A stretch of 64,000 bases of DNA from a virus, in IMG/VR virus record IMGVR_UViG_3300043438_001221; one strand, given 5' to 3'. Position numbers and translations under genes: made by a program. Below are positions 28,355 through 39,995 of this stretch, piece by piece; within the stretch, counting starts at the first letter, position 1; every line of letters starts with the position of its first letter. The notes below the pieces were generated by a model. That model was not told the origin of the DNA. It did not search any database and saw only the letters and a list, made by a program, of their open reading frames with translations.

Positions 28355-30163
28355 ATGAGCGAATCACTTGAATATAATTTACCCAAAAATGCGTATATCA
28401 ACTTCGACGCACTTTCCCTGAAAGATTTCATCATCCAACGGTTGAATGAGAATCCCAAATTCACGGATCAGAACTATGAGGGGAGCAATTTGGCTTCTTT
28501 CATTGATATCATCGCTTACAGCTACCACACCCTGCTTTTCTATTTGAACCAGACAGGATCAGAAGCATTATTCTCCCAAACATCACTCTATGAGAATATG
28601 AACAAGATCGTGAACCTTGTGGGATACAATCCTACGGGTAAGCAAACGTCCCTTGTTCCCGTCACTTGCATCGCCAGTGCCTCCCTAGCGGCAGGGAACT
28701 ACACTCTCCGCAAGTATTCCTATTTCCTTGTCAATAACATCCAATACACCGTCCTTAACGATTTCTCCTTTGAGAAAACCACAAGCGGATCGGAGAAAAT
28801 CGATTCCATTGAAAACAATCTCATTCTCTATCAGGGAACCGTTCAGGAATATCCAATTTACACGGCGGAAGGTAAGGAATTTGAAACCTTTCCAGTTGTC
28901 GTTGATAATCTGGTGGATGAGAACGATGACCGTTTCATTGCCCATGGAACTCTCAGTGTTTATGTGAAAGAAATCGGAGATGCCACTTGGTATGAATGGG
29001 AAGAGATTGACAACCTGTTCCTCACTCCCGATTCCGATAGATACTATTCGGTTCGTCTCAATGAGAATGGTCATTATGAACTCAAATTCGGTAATGATGT
29101 GTTTGGTAAGAAACTTGCCGAAGGGGATCAAGTTGCCGTCTATTATATCCTGAGTGATAATAACAAGGGTATTATCAGCAAGAATGTCATCAATGGTAAT
29201 AAATTATTCAATTTCAACACTTCCCAATTCACAGCAATCTACAATGATGTGATTACCGTTGATCCTTCGTCCATCATTGACCTGACAAACAACGCCACCC
29301 TGAATTTCTCCAATACCGCCAATTCCACGGCAATTTCCGATGGGGAGACGGTGGATCAGATTCGTCAAAATGTTCCCAAGTATCTTAGTTCCCAGCTTAG
29401 GCTTGTGACAGAGGTGGATTATGACACATATCTTACCAAAAACCTTTCCAATGTGCTGCAATCGGTGGAAGTGGTGAACAACAAGAGATTCATTGATGAA
29501 TATATTGATTATTTCTATAGTATCTGTGTTGACCCCAACAAATCCAATCGGGTTATATTGAATCAGGTCAATTTCGCGGATTCCTGCGACTTCAACAACG
29601 TGAACATCTTCGTGGTTCCCAAGTTTGTCGTCCAAACGGATGCTGAGTATCCCCCATTCCTTTCAAACAGTCTGAAAAACCTCATCATTGACTCCACATC
29701 TGATAAAAAGATGCTCAGTCATGAAGTTGTTCCCCGTGATCCGATCTACACAGCCTTTGATATTGGATATTCGGCTCAAGCTGCCGATAAGGATGTGTAT
29801 TTGACATCCAAATTGGAAATCGTTCGCACTTCCAATTCCAAGATCAACAAAGAGAACCTGAAAAAGCGGATTATTAATATTATTCTGGATTTCTTCAATC
29901 CTCTCAACAATTCTCTGGGACAAAGGCTTGATCTTTCGTCCCTGACTTCCACAATTCTTGGATTGGAAGGTGTTGACAAGATCAGAACCAGTAATGGGAA
30001 TGAGATATTCAATGGAATATCATTCATAAGTTGGAATCCTGTCTATGAGGGGGTGGATGAAGAGTTCGTAAACCAAACCACAACACTCCCATTTTTCAAA
30101 TTCCCCTATTTTTATAGACCACAAACAATCGGAGATAGAATACTCATTACAGATAGTGAATAA
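28355..30163 (+). CDS. gp6: baseplate wedge protein gp6
   Basis: FTDQNYEGSNL..IDIIAY, LGY.P, ELKFG...FGK, Q.RLVT..DY. Confidence 0.9.
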   Translation: MSESLEYNLPKNAYINFDALSLKDFIIQRLNENPKFTDQNYEGSNLASFIDIIAYSYHTLLFYLNQTGSEALFSQTSLYENMNKIVNLVGYNPTGKQTSLVPVTCIASASLAAGNYTLRKYSYFLVNNIQYTVLNDFSFEKTTSGSEKIDSIENNLILYQGTVQEYPIYTAEGKEFETFPVVVDNLVDENDDRFIAHGTLSVYVKEIGDATWYEWEEIDNLFLTPDSDRYYSVRLNENGHYELKFGNDVFGKKLAEGDQVAVYYILSDNNKGIISKNVINGNKLFNFNTSQFTAIYNDVITVDPSSIIDLTNNATLNFSNTANSTAISDGETVDQIRQNVPKYLSSQLRLVTEVDYDTYLTKNLSNVLQSVEVVNNKRFIDEYIDYFYSICVDPNKSNRVILNQVNFADSCDFNNVNIFVVPKFVVQTDAEYPPFLSNSLKNLIIDSTSDKKMLSHEVVPRDPIYTAFDIGYSAQAADKDVYLTSKLEIVRTSNSKINKENLKKRIINIILDFFNPLNNSLGQRLDLSSLTSTILGLEGVDKIRTSNGNEIFNGISFISWNPVYEGVDEEFVNQTTTLPFFKFPYFYRPQTIGDRILITDSE

Positions 30164-30172
30164 TTGGGAAAT

Positions 30173-30805
30173 TTACAATGTTAATTCGCCGCCAAATTGT
30201 TGTTTATAATCTTTTAAAATATTTTCCCTGTCATCTACCGCATTTTTAATGTTTTTAATGTTGGGATTTAATTTTTTCCATGATTTACCATCATTTTCTG
30301 AATAAGACGATGCTATGAAAATTTTAGGATTCCATATTACGACTGTGTGGGTTTCGTTAGATTTATAAAATAAACCATCTTTTTTTAAATAAAATCTTTC
30401 GTGGTTATGGGCATATATATCACCATGTTTTAAACTGTGTAATATTTCTTCCACTGATAATCCCTGTTCATAATATAAATATTTCTCAAAATTATCATTA
30501 GGTCTATATTTCTCGAAAATTTCTTTATCAACTATTAACATGTTGGATAAATTCACTTTACCCTTTATTATATATTTTCCATAATTTTTCATCTCATCTG
30601 TCAATTGATCACTCAAAAACGAAGTTCCATATAATCCTTTTCCATACAACGCAGCTTCATTTTTATGATTATTGATCCCATTTAAATGTAGATTACCCGT
30701 TTCGGGATTTGTTCTGGTTCGATGATATATCCAAGCAGCCGCGCCAAATACCTTTTCATTTATCAACGATTCCATCAATCTACGATACAGCGTATCAAAT
30801 TCCAT
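30173..30805 (-). CDS. putative ADP-ribosyltransferase-fold protein, possibly capsid-internal
   Basis: YHRT...LYGKGLYGT...YG.YI...DG..Y...VVIWNP; capsid-targeting-like N-terminus; late box. Confidence 0.55.
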   Translation of the reverse strand: MEFDTLYRRLMESLINEKVFGAAAWIYHRTRTNPETGNLHLNGINNHKNEAALYGKGLYGTSFLSDQLTDEMKNYGKYIIKGKVNLSNMLIVDKEIFEKYRPNDNFEKYLYYEQGLSVEEILHSLKHGDIYAHNHERFYLKKDGLFYKSNETHTVVIWNPKIFIASSYSENDGKSWKKLNPNIKNIKNAVDDRENILKDYKQQFGGELTL

Positions 30806-30840
30806 ATGATTATTTAATATCAAGTCCTTAAATAATATCA

Positions 30841-32925
30841 ATGGCGAGCTTTAGCGATATAGAATTTGATGTTCTGGATTGGAAGAACGAGAATGTGTTG
30901 AGTTCCTATGCCTTGGAACAGACACCGCTTCGGTTCATTCCCGATCTGGATGATTTCAGCTATGTTCGGGTTCTATGGGACTTTGGAGATGGAACCATTT
31001 CCAGTTCTTTAACCGCTCAGAAGTATTGGGAGAATCCGGGTAAATATGTCGTCAATTTCACTCTTTATGATTGCTATTCCAATGCGGTGATTTCCACAGA
31101 ATACAAGATCATCCACATTATCGATTATCTCAAGCACACGTTCACCGTTGATTTTGATAGTCCATCCTATTATGACAATATTTCATGGAAATGCGGGAAG
31201 ATTAGTGATCCCATCACAATCAAAGCGTATTATCCCCCTACCATTCCAATCACAAGCCTGTTCTATCGTATCAGTGGCAGCAACAGCGATTACTATTTTG
31301 ATGATGTGAACAAATTTCGTCATTTGGATAAAACCTATTCTTTTCATGAGAAAATTTATAACAATTATCTCTCAAGCTTCCAATATCAGGAAATTGATCG
31401 CATTACAACCGAAAACACTTCGGTTTATGCTAAGATATCGGGACTCGATCTGATCAATGCCACGGAAGCAGATAACAATTCATTTTTTGTGGGTGTATCA
31501 GGAACCAAGGATATCCATTTCAAGGACGATTCCATCAATCGTATCAACATTGACCTGTTTTTTGATAGAAGTGTGGAATATCTCAACAATCGGAACAATA
31601 CCAAGATTTCCCTCTCCGCTCTTATTGTGGATAATGATGAAGTGGAGGATTTATCCATCACAAGCAATGGAATGGATGGAGAGTTCTATGAGATTGATTC
31701 TTTCAAAATTGATGGTAGAAAAAATTCCAATGTTGATATTCCATTTGTAGTCAAGATTAAGGATTCTGAGAATTTCAGTGTGAAGAACTTTCCTTTACTA
31801 TCAGCTTCGGATATTACTGTATTGGTATTGTCCAGTGGAGATGTTATGGATTCTTCCTATTATGAATTGGAGGATGTGGGGGCTTACTATGGTGCAGCCA
31901 GAGGTAAGGTGAAATTCAACACCAATGATGTTGTTCATTATGTCCAGTTGAGTGCTTCCCTAACCACCACCAACGATCAGGGCAGTGCCTATACCTTGGC
32001 GGGGATCACCGATTATTTTGATGTATATCCCAAAAATTATATTTCCATTGAAAAGAGAAATGAGGATTTTGATGCCCAAGAGACATTCAAGGGTCTTCGT
32101 TTTCAGGAATTCCTTCTGGATAAGACTATATTGTTCGATGATTTCATGGGATCGGTGTTTGGAACCCTGAGTTCTTCCTATGACACTCTTGGTAAGAAAA
32201 TCTATGAAAAGATCACCAATTTCGTGGAGAATACCCAAGATGTGGACAGGGGGGAGATTTTTTCCCTGATTTCCCAAATGAAAATGACGGGAGTTGACAA
32301 TGATGTGTTTGAGTCCAACCTTTTTACATATCCAGAGAAAATCAAGCGTATTCTAGATTTGGGATCAATCAGTAAAAACAAGTTGATTGGATATAATAAC
32401 AAATTTAAGGAAAATTTTGATATCAAGGGATTTTCTTCCAAGGAAATCTTTGGAACCAATCTGGGAAATGAGATCAATACCAACACCTATATCATATCAG
32501 CGGGAACTCCCATTGTCGCTCTGGAAAAGTTCTCTAACCGTTATGTGTTGCTAAACACCGAACAACCCACAGAATCAACTGGTTTGAGTGCTTATATGTT
32601 ATCGGGATACAACACAAATTGGGGTTGGCCTTTGGTTCTTCCCGATACCTACCAATATTCCGATCTGGAGAAGTATTATCTGTTCTTTGAATATCAAGCA
32701 GGGTATGAAAACACCCTTGTTGATAATACAATTGTGTATGATTACACCCTTTATGATAATCTCTCTTCCAAACATGTGTTGAGGGATGAGAATGGTGATC
32801 CAATACTCACTGAGACATCCCAACCGATCTTTGAAGAGTTCGATTTTGATTATAATTCGGAAATGATGAACATTTCTCTAAGGGATACCCTATATCAGAG
32901 CTTGTCATTGTATCATTCGCCTTAA
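30841..32925 (+). CDS. virion structural protein with N-terminal PKD domain
   Basis: WDFGDGT...PGKYVV; late box; baseplate cluster. Confidence 0.75.
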   Translation: MASFSDIEFDVLDWKNENVLSSYALEQTPLRFIPDLDDFSYVRVLWDFGDGTISSSLTAQKYWENPGKYVVNFTLYDCYSNAVISTEYKIIHIIDYLKHTFTVDFDSPSYYDNISWKCGKISDPITIKAYYPPTIPITSLFYRISGSNSDYYFDDVNKFRHLDKTYSFHEKIYNNYLSSFQYQEIDRITTENTSVYAKISGLDLINATEADNNSFFVGVSGTKDIHFKDDSINRINIDLFFDRSVEYLNNRNNTKISLSALIVDNDEVEDLSITSNGMDGEFYEIDSFKIDGRKNSNVDIPFVVKIKDSENFSVKNFPLLSASDITVLVLSSGDVMDSSYYELEDVGAYYGAARGKVKFNTNDVVHYVQLSASLTTTNDQGSAYTLAGITDYFDVYPKNYISIEKRNEDFDAQETFKGLRFQEFLLDKTILFDDFMGSVFGTLSSSYDTLGKKIYEKITNFVENTQDVDRGEIFSLISQMKMTGVDNDVFESNLFTYPEKIKRILDLGSISKNKLIGYNNKFKENFDIKGFSSKEIFGTNLGNEINTNTYIISAGTPIVALEKFSNRYVLLNTEQPTESTGLSAYMLSGYNTNWGWPLVLPDTYQYSDLEKYYLFFEYQAGYENTLVDNTIVYDYTLYDNLSSKHVLRDENGDPILTETSQPIFEEFDFDYNSEMMNISLRDTLYQSLSLYHSP

Positions 32926-32934
32926 ATAATACCA

Positions 32935-35499
32935 ATGACTCTAGCATCATTAGGTTATCCAAACATTCCCAAGTCCATCACCAATCCAAATGTGGTGGTT
33001 CGTGATGCTCTGGATGTGAATACCCCCCTTTCTTTCTTACAATTCATCAAAACGATGGATGTGTCTTTCAATCCATCCAAAAATCAAGATTATTACACCG
33101 CATATCTCAAGGCATGGAATTTCGTAAAGAATACCAAGACAGTGGACGATAATTCGGTGATTATTGAGCGTTATCGGGAATTCATTCAGGATGTCAATCT
33201 GGAATACACCACTTTGGAGGAGCAAAAGTTCCTTTCCAAGTTGGATTTCAACGATCCCCTCGACCTTGACATCGCAATTCCGTTTTATTCCAGAAAATTG
33301 ATTGAAATTTCGGAATATTACAATAAAAAACGGGATGAGTCCAAATTCCAAATCACCAAAAAGAGAATTTCGGGAACAAATTTTGGCTTGACCAAGGATA
33401 TCAAAGATATTACCATCAATTATCTAGAAAATCTTGATAATAGTAAGATTAATTATGACTTTTCCAATCTGAAAAACAATTTGGAAGTTGAAATTGAAGA
33501 ATTGTATGAAACATATCCTGAATACTTCAATCAGACTCCCAATGATCAGATATATGACAACAAGGATTTGGATTATGGGTTGGATATTTTCCTCAAAACC
33601 AATGCGGAACTCATTCCTGAAATCTTCGCGGGTGTATCCGCTCCCCTGATAGAACTGAAAGAAGGGGATTCCTTATTGGATAATAAAAGAAAATTGACGG
33701 AAAAATATATTTCCTCCAATTATTATTATCTTTCCACGGGTTCCACTGTATATGATTTTATTTCTGGTAAGATGTTGGACGCTGATAATCCGGCAGCTTC
33801 TTTTTTCAATACCAAATACCCCACAACAGCCTCCACGCAGAGAAAAGAGTTCAAAACACCCATGGAAATGGGGTTCTTTCGCCCCCACAAGCTTTCCATC
33901 CTCTTGATTGATGGTGAAAGACCTTCATATTCTTTCAATTTTGACAATTTAGAACCCAATACCATCTACTATTTCCCTGATCCTGATATCAGAGGTAATA
34001 ATGATGGTGTTCTTACGTTTGTGAACAACGATTTGTTCCTGAAACGCAACGATTCATCGGGAAAGGCCAAGAATCAACCGATCAGCGATAAAAGCGATTC
34101 CCAATATTATGGATATATCTCACAAACGGAGACTACACCATCAAAATATCTGGACAAGGTGTTTGAATCCGGTTATATTCAGGATGCCAAGGAGGACATA
34201 TATAACAATCTCTATGGGCTGTTCAAGAATGATGGAAGTTTCAAACAAACAATCAAAGTTGTGTCGGAAACTGAAAAACAATATTACATTCTGGATGGAC
34301 ACACATTCTATGATTTCAAATATGGGGAGGGATATTCATTCGATTATTCAACGGTTGATGATTCGACCTTCCAATACACAACCAGATCGGGATTATCCTC
34401 ATACACAGGAGGTTTCACCACTGATTTCTCCCGACATTACATCCTATTCGGAGGAAAATTCACGGACGAGTTCGTGTATCCTCCCGATTATTATCCAAAT
34501 TGCCAAATTCTGGAGGGTTACAGCGTTTTCCGAAATGGTATTCCAACAACAGACACCATATCATCTGATTTGAGTGGATATCCTCTTAGTGGCACTTACT
34601 ATTACTCCCGACTGATTGAAGGAGGTATTCATGATTCGTCACCCCTTCAAAGAGCCTTGGTCGATCCATCATATCCAACTCTGACTGCAAATGCAACTCA
34701 AGAAATCGTTCCGAATGAAACAACAACTTTCATGATTGATGGTGGCAAGGCAACCAATTCGTTGTGTGACACACCTTTCCAATTCCCATCCATCTATTAC
34801 GATCCCACGGTATTGCAATCCAGTGTTTACAATCTCTCATCTTCCCCGACTGAGAATTACTTCACAAGGTTGTCGTCCCATGGCACACTTTACGTTAGAA
34901 ACGCATACACCAAAGAGGTTAAACCACTTCAAACAACCTTCAGTTACCTCTCAACAACCCTGTTGAGTTCTGTTTATAACGAATTATCGGGTGTTTCCTC
35001 GTTCGAAGTGGTGGGAGACACCATGTTCATCCAAACCGATAACAATCTAATCGTTCAAAAAATCCTTTTTGATAATGGAGCTTTTGTAAATCCCAAGGAA
35101 TCCACATATGTTACATCGTTCAACGATAATCCTTACCAAAAGGTGTCCAAACGATTCAAGAAAAAGGATAAGGTGTATTACGCAAGATTGGATGTTGAGA
35201 CTTATCCAGTGGTGGGCAACAATTTCAAAATATATCCAACAATTTATGAGATTGATACCACCAAACATATTAGAAAAATCCATTCTGTTGGTAATTTAAC
35301 TAATTTCTATACAATATCGGGAGGGTTGAACACATACATCAATGCTGAAGAACCCGTATTCGCATACGACAATCGTTCTGATCAATATAACATATCATTC
35401 CTGATGAAAACAGTTGATAATCAATTTATCATCCAAGAATTTGATTTCAAATTGAATCCGTTCTCCATGATTAACCATAAGCAAATCAAACAACGATGA
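32935..35499 (+). CDS. large virion structural protein
   Basis: 854 aa, late box, baseplate cluster. Confidence 0.7.
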   Translation: MTLASLGYPNIPKSITNPNVVVRDALDVNTPLSFLQFIKTMDVSFNPSKNQDYYTAYLKAWNFVKNTKTVDDNSVIIERYREFIQDVNLEYTTLEEQKFLSKLDFNDPLDLDIAIPFYSRKLIEISEYYNKKRDESKFQITKKRISGTNFGLTKDIKDITINYLENLDNSKINYDFSNLKNNLEVEIEELYETYPEYFNQTPNDQIYDNKDLDYGLDIFLKTNAELIPEIFAGVSAPLIELKEGDSLLDNKRKLTEKYISSNYYYLSTGSTVYDFISGKMLDADNPAASFFNTKYPTTASTQRKEFKTPMEMGFFRPHKLSILLIDGERPSYSFNFDNLEPNTIYYFPDPDIRGNNDGVLTFVNNDLFLKRNDSSGKAKNQPISDKSDSQYYGYISQTETTPSKYLDKVFESGYIQDAKEDIYNNLYGLFKNDGSFKQTIKVVSETEKQYYILDGHTFYDFKYGEGYSFDYSTVDDSTFQYTTRSGLSSYTGGFTTDFSRHYILFGGKFTDEFVYPPDYYPNCQILEGYSVFRNGIPTTDTISSDLSGYPLSGTYYYSRLIEGGIHDSSPLQRALVDPSYPTLTANATQEIVPNETTTFMIDGGKATNSLCDTPFQFPSIYYDPTVLQSSVYNLSSSPTENYFTRLSSHGTLYVRNAYTKEVKPLQTTFSYLSTTLLSSVYNELSGVSSFEVVGDTMFIQTDNNLIVQKILFDNGAFVNPKESTYVTSFNDNPYQKVSKRFKKKDKVYYARLDVETYPVVGNNFKIYPTIYEIDTTKHIRKIHSVGNLTNFYTISGGLNTYINAEEPVFAYDNRSDQYNISFLMKTVDNQFIIQEFDFKLNPFSMINHKQIKQR

Positions 35500-35978
35500 A
35501 CACCAAATTCCTATCATTGTCTTCAACAAACACCAATCAAACCATGACTTATTCGACAATCATGGTGGTTGATCATACCTTGTTGACATTATCGCTATCG
35601 GGAGCCACTGAACGGATTCTGCCAACACACCTAACCATTGATTGGGGAGATGATGTGGAGGATTTCTTCGAGAATGATATTTTACAAAACCAAAACATTG
35701 CATCGAACGTGTTTTCATCCCTTCTGATAAACACCTACACACACGAATACTTCCCATCTGCCATCTCCACAAGCCAAACACTGACAGCGACGGTTTCCCT
35801 TTATTATACCAATTCCGATATATCAACTTTTACCTTACCTTTATCAATAACCAATTATGATTATGCAACATCAGTTGGAGATGTTAGGCTTGTAAATACC
35901 GATTATTTGCAGAGTGGTTCCAAGATTCATCAGTTGGTGACGAATGAGGGTGGTTATCTATTGGAGCTTCGCTGTTAA
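35496..35978 (+). CDS. virion protein, PKD-like
   Basis: IDWGD...YTHEY; ATGA coupling. Confidence 0.6.
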   Translation: MNTKFLSLSSTNTNQTMTYSTIMVVDHTLLTLSLSGATERILPTHLTIDWGDDVEDFFENDILQNQNIASNVFSSLLINTYTHEYFPSAISTSQTLTATVSLYYTNSDISTFTLPLSITNYDYATSVGDVRLVNTDYLQSGSKIHQLVTNEGGYLLELRC

Positions 35979-35986
35979 ATAATCTT

Positions 35987-38212
35987 GTGGCTATTTTGTT
36001 TGATAAATTATCCTCCTGCGAATCCGTTACACTTTCCTCAAATTTGGAGGATGTGAGGTTTCAGAATTTTTCAAGATATTACAACGGAGATTATACGTTG
36101 ACGTTTTACAAAGCTCTTTCGGGTATCGTTGATGTCAAAAACAAAAATTATACCAATTTCTTACTGACTAGAAACACCAAAATATCAACTATTCTGGAAG
36201 AAGAAAATCAAATTTTAAAATCCGATTCGTTGTTAACCAATCTTAATTTTGGGGGAAATTTCTTAGCATTCCAAAGAGCGGATACCAGAAGATTGGGATT
36301 GTCGGGCATCTACAACGAAAGTGAATACTACGGGAATTATAATTTCTCGACAAACGGTGATACTTTGTCCACAAATTTTATCATTACACTAAAACCCAAC
36401 AATGTTTGCAACATTTATCAATATTATGACTATAAGAAGTATTATTTGACTAGAGATGTTAATAATGAATTAAATTTCTATACCCAAAATTTGGGATTAA
36501 CTGCATATGATTTCAAATACATCTATTCCCGCCCAAACAAAGCGATATTCCTATTCCAAACCTTATCGGGAGTCCCCCACTTTGTCAGAAAATCGGGTAA
36601 TTTGCTGACATTATCACCATCCACATCGGCAAATAAAGCGAGTGTATATACAAACCCGATTTATCTAAGCAAAGATATCTATTCCAATTTTAATATCAAT
36701 TCCAACACATCTTATGTAGAATATGGAGATGATAATATTATACCAGAAAATGGAATACTGAAAGATTTGGAAAATAATTATCTTTTACATAGGGAAAATG
36801 ATTCAACTGATATAATCATTCTAAAGAACCAACTTACCCAAGATAACACATTCACATCGGGAAATACATTACTATCTTCTCAAGACCTGAAATTTTTCGT
36901 TGATGGTATGCGAAATTATACATCCATTTTCAATGATGTTGATACTGAAAAAGATGAGACTTTAGCTTTAAATTATGTCCTTTACAACAAATCATACAAA
37001 ATCCTTCCCGGATTGAATCGTTTTACATCACCTGATGATATGTCCCCATTCAGCAGGATCAACATTCACGACACGAAATTCGTAGAATCGGGAGCGTTTG
37101 GATATCCCACTCCTGAATATGCTGATAAGGTGTATCGTTCTGATATTTCAGTGGATTATGATGATGGGCAAACCTATCTATGCACTTGGTTATCGGGTTC
37201 CCCTCTTGGTAGTGATAAAGTGTGGGTTGATCGTTACTATTATCCCGATTTGATTGAAAAATCCTTGGCACTGGTGGGAGATAATTCATTCAATCCCACA
37301 TATGATGATGTTGTAGAGGAATTGGTAGCTGGAAATACATCAATACAGGACAGTATCTCATCTTTCACGGTGTTTGATAAAAAAAGTGATATGTTATTTG
37401 TCCCAAATGGAAAATATGCATATGAAAGGATTCAAGCAAAAGAGCCTGTAACCGATCCGGTAGTGATAACTCCATGTCAGTCTCTTCAAACAACAGGAAA
37501 CAATATCAATTATTTCAAACAATTGAATGATGCTGGAAAATTCACAGTCAAATTCTATTTTGAAGGTGATAGTCAAAATTGGAAATTCAAAAGCAAGCGA
37601 AATAATACTGATGGGGGACTCACGATTGACAAGAAAGGAAGTAATCTAATTTTTACGATGAGCCTTTACAATCCCGGATACCTTGAAACCATCAATTTCA
37701 CGGAAACCGTTAAATATAAACCATCCCAACGTAATTTTGTATGTGTTTCCATTGATGCTATTACAGGAAAATTATATTTCTTCCTAAACAACCAAATTGT
37801 GGGATATTACACTTTCGATATCTACCAATTTTATGGGAAAAGGTTGGTGTTTGGAGATTTTGTGTTAAATGATGTAGATATTTTCACCCAAAACACCTTA
37901 TCCAAAATTGGTATAACACCGGAATATATTTCAGAAAACCTCGCGTTCATAACTCCAATGCTCGATGGGGAATCTAAAATAGACCCAATTACAATTACTT
38001 TACCTTGTGGTATGAGAAACAGCACTGACACGATAGAATATCTTCAGAGTGTATGTAGTGATCAAGCATATAAATCAAATTTCGTCAACATATTCGTCAA
38101 GAACGTTGAATTGGAAGATTCTGATATGGATGGACTTCGTAATCGTATATCTTCGGAGATTGTTGATCGTTCCCCGATTACAACAGAGATAAATAATCTA
38201 ACTATACCATGA
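35987..38212 (+). CDS. virion structural protein, possible LamG-like C-terminal domain
   Basis: FVCVSID..TGKLYFFLN pattern; late box. Confidence 0.65.
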   Translation: MAILFDKLSSCESVTLSSNLEDVRFQNFSRYYNGDYTLTFYKALSGIVDVKNKNYTNFLLTRNTKISTILEEENQILKSDSLLTNLNFGGNFLAFQRADTRRLGLSGIYNESEYYGNYNFSTNGDTLSTNFIITLKPNNVCNIYQYYDYKKYYLTRDVNNELNFYTQNLGLTAYDFKYIYSRPNKAIFLFQTLSGVPHFVRKSGNLLTLSPSTSANKASVYTNPIYLSKDIYSNFNINSNTSYVEYGDDNIIPENGILKDLENNYLLHRENDSTDIIILKNQLTQDNTFTSGNTLLSSQDLKFFVDGMRNYTSIFNDVDTEKDETLALNYVLYNKSYKILPGLNRFTSPDDMSPFSRINIHDTKFVESGAFGYPTPEYADKVYRSDISVDYDDGQTYLCTWLSGSPLGSDKVWVDRYYYPDLIEKSLALVGDNSFNPTYDDVVEELVAGNTSIQDSISSFTVFDKKSDMLFVPNGKYAYERIQAKEPVTDPVVITPCQSLQTTGNNINYFKQLNDAGKFTVKFYFEGDSQNWKFKSKRNNTDGGLTIDKKGSNLIFTMSLYNPGYLETINFTETVKYKPSQRNFVCVSIDAITGKLYFFLNNQIVGYYTFDIYQFYGKRLVFGDFVLNDVDIFTQNTLSKIGITPEYISENLAFITPMLDGESKIDPITITLPCGMRNSTDTIEYLQSVCSDQAYKSNFVNIFVKNVELEDSDMDGLRNRISSEIVDRSPITTEINNLTIP

Positions 38213-39987
38213 CATCCTATTTTAAATTTACATCCGGTGAAGCATTTACCTTAAATGGTGTCGATTACTCTGGATTCTTTCACGTTGAAGATGGTGTTGC
38301 ATATACGGAACGAAATAAAAGTGTAACTTCTGAACAGCTTACACCAAAGAACACTTTCATTTCAGATTTCTATCTCAATAAGATGGAATTTGATAATCAA
38401 TTTGATTCTATCACAGAAGCATCTGATATAACAGCTAATGTTTTCGATGTTCTCAACAAGGTTGAGATGGAAAGATTATTATCCATCATCAACCAGAATA
38501 ATCTAATTGTTTTCAAATCTCTTGTAGTTAATAATCCACAAATCATCGATTTTACGGAAAATGATTCCCATTATTACGGATTGTCGTCAACGCCAATTGA
38601 CATGAGAGCAGACGATCTCATGCTTGGGAAGAAAAACATTTCCCATATTGACCCATTTAGGTATTCCCCTGAATGGTCTTTTTTAGAAAAAATCAAATAT
38701 GGCGCATTGTTTGTAAAATCCGATCAAACCTTCAAATATTTATGTTCGACGGGGTTTGAACTCTACACGCTCAAAGGATCATTCACCGATGAAGGTTATA
38801 TTGAGTATTCCGTGCAGGAATTGGAAATGCCCCAAGAAATTTATGGGATTGATTACGACGAATTTGAAAACAAAATAACAATCATTACTCTCGGAGAATT
38901 AATGATATATGATTCCATCAATTTCATCGAATGTGATACTTTAGTATTGGTGGATTCCATCAAATTGGGGGATGTTGATTCTGAGGTATTTAAATGGAAC
39001 ACCGAGAAAAAATTCAAGGACTTGATTGGGAAATGGGGTCGTAAATTTTATAATATACCTAAATTTTCAACAAAATTCATCCGATTTGGTAATAATTACA
39101 GAACATCTATTGAAAATGATGTTCTGATTCTTACAAATAAATATTCAACGGAAAAAGTTATTGAATGTAATTTACCATCAATTGGTATAGACACATTATT
39201 GGATGTAAATATCAGAGTCATTGATGATTATGTTATAATTTTACATCAAAAATCCAACAATTTTCACATCACATTTTTTGATCCCTTGGATATTGCGGGG
39301 AGCTTAAAAGATTTTCAAATATTTGAATTCAAACCCAGCGATAATTACCGAGTATTGTTCTCCAACCACGATTCCAATTTATTTTATTTGAATAGTGTAG
39401 CGCAATGTCAGACGCGCACAATCTCAAATCCCACTTATCCAACGGGACAAATGCGAGAAAGTAATCTGAAATATGTGAAAAAGGAAACATTCAGAAATTA
39501 TATACAAAAATTTGGAAATGGTAATTTGAAATGGAATACATTATCTCTGGATTCAAATTATTTCACAAATTATATGTTTGATAGTATCACCAAAGCCGAT
39601 AAAAATTATATATTTTTGCTAAATTCCGGTAGAATATATCCACTTCATCAAAAAATTCAAAATGCTTATTCACCAGCAATATCCTTAGATTTGATAAAAA
39701 ATTATAATGGTATTCGTTGTTCTGATACTTCCTTTGGGTTATTTTTCAATAAAACCATATCATATATATTAAAAGACATATTAACTCTTTATACAAACGC
39801 TACCAACTCCTATTCAATCGGGAAAAATGACATATTTCTCACAAAAATTCAAGAAATCACCTACGACACCAATAATCTATACATGAATGGCAATGAAAGC
39901 GTCAACGTGTTGGCAATACAGCGGATTCTAACATTATTGACAGACCTTCAGAAACAATTGGTAGTTAATTTAACATCCACTGAATAA
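38209..39987 (+). CDS. virion structural protein
   Basis: 592 aa, coupled to previous gene. Confidence 0.65.
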   Translation: MTSYFKFTSGEAFTLNGVDYSGFFHVEDGVAYTERNKSVTSEQLTPKNTFISDFYLNKMEFDNQFDSITEASDITANVFDVLNKVEMERLLSIINQNNLIVFKSLVVNNPQIIDFTENDSHYYGLSSTPIDMRADDLMLGKKNISHIDPFRYSPEWSFLEKIKYGALFVKSDQTFKYLCSTGFELYTLKGSFTDEGYIEYSVQELEMPQEIYGIDYDEFENKITIITLGELMIYDSINFIECDTLVLVDSIKLGDVDSEVFKWNTEKKFKDLIGKWGRKFYNIPKFSTKFIRFGNNYRTSIENDVLILTNKYSTEKVIECNLPSIGIDTLLDVNIRVIDDYVIILHQKSNNFHITFFDPLDIAGSLKDFQIFEFKPSDNYRVLFSNHDSNLFYLNSVAQCQTRTISNPTYPTGQMRESNLKYVKKETFRNYIQKFGNGNLKWNTLSLDSNYFTNYMFDSITKADKNYIFLLNSGRIYPLHQKIQNAYSPAISLDLIKNYNGIRCSDTSFGLFFNKTISYILKDILTLYTNATNSYSIGKNDIFLTKIQEITYDTNNLYMNGNESVNVLAIQRILTLLTDLQKQLVVNLTSTE

Positions 39988-39995
39988 ATAACATT

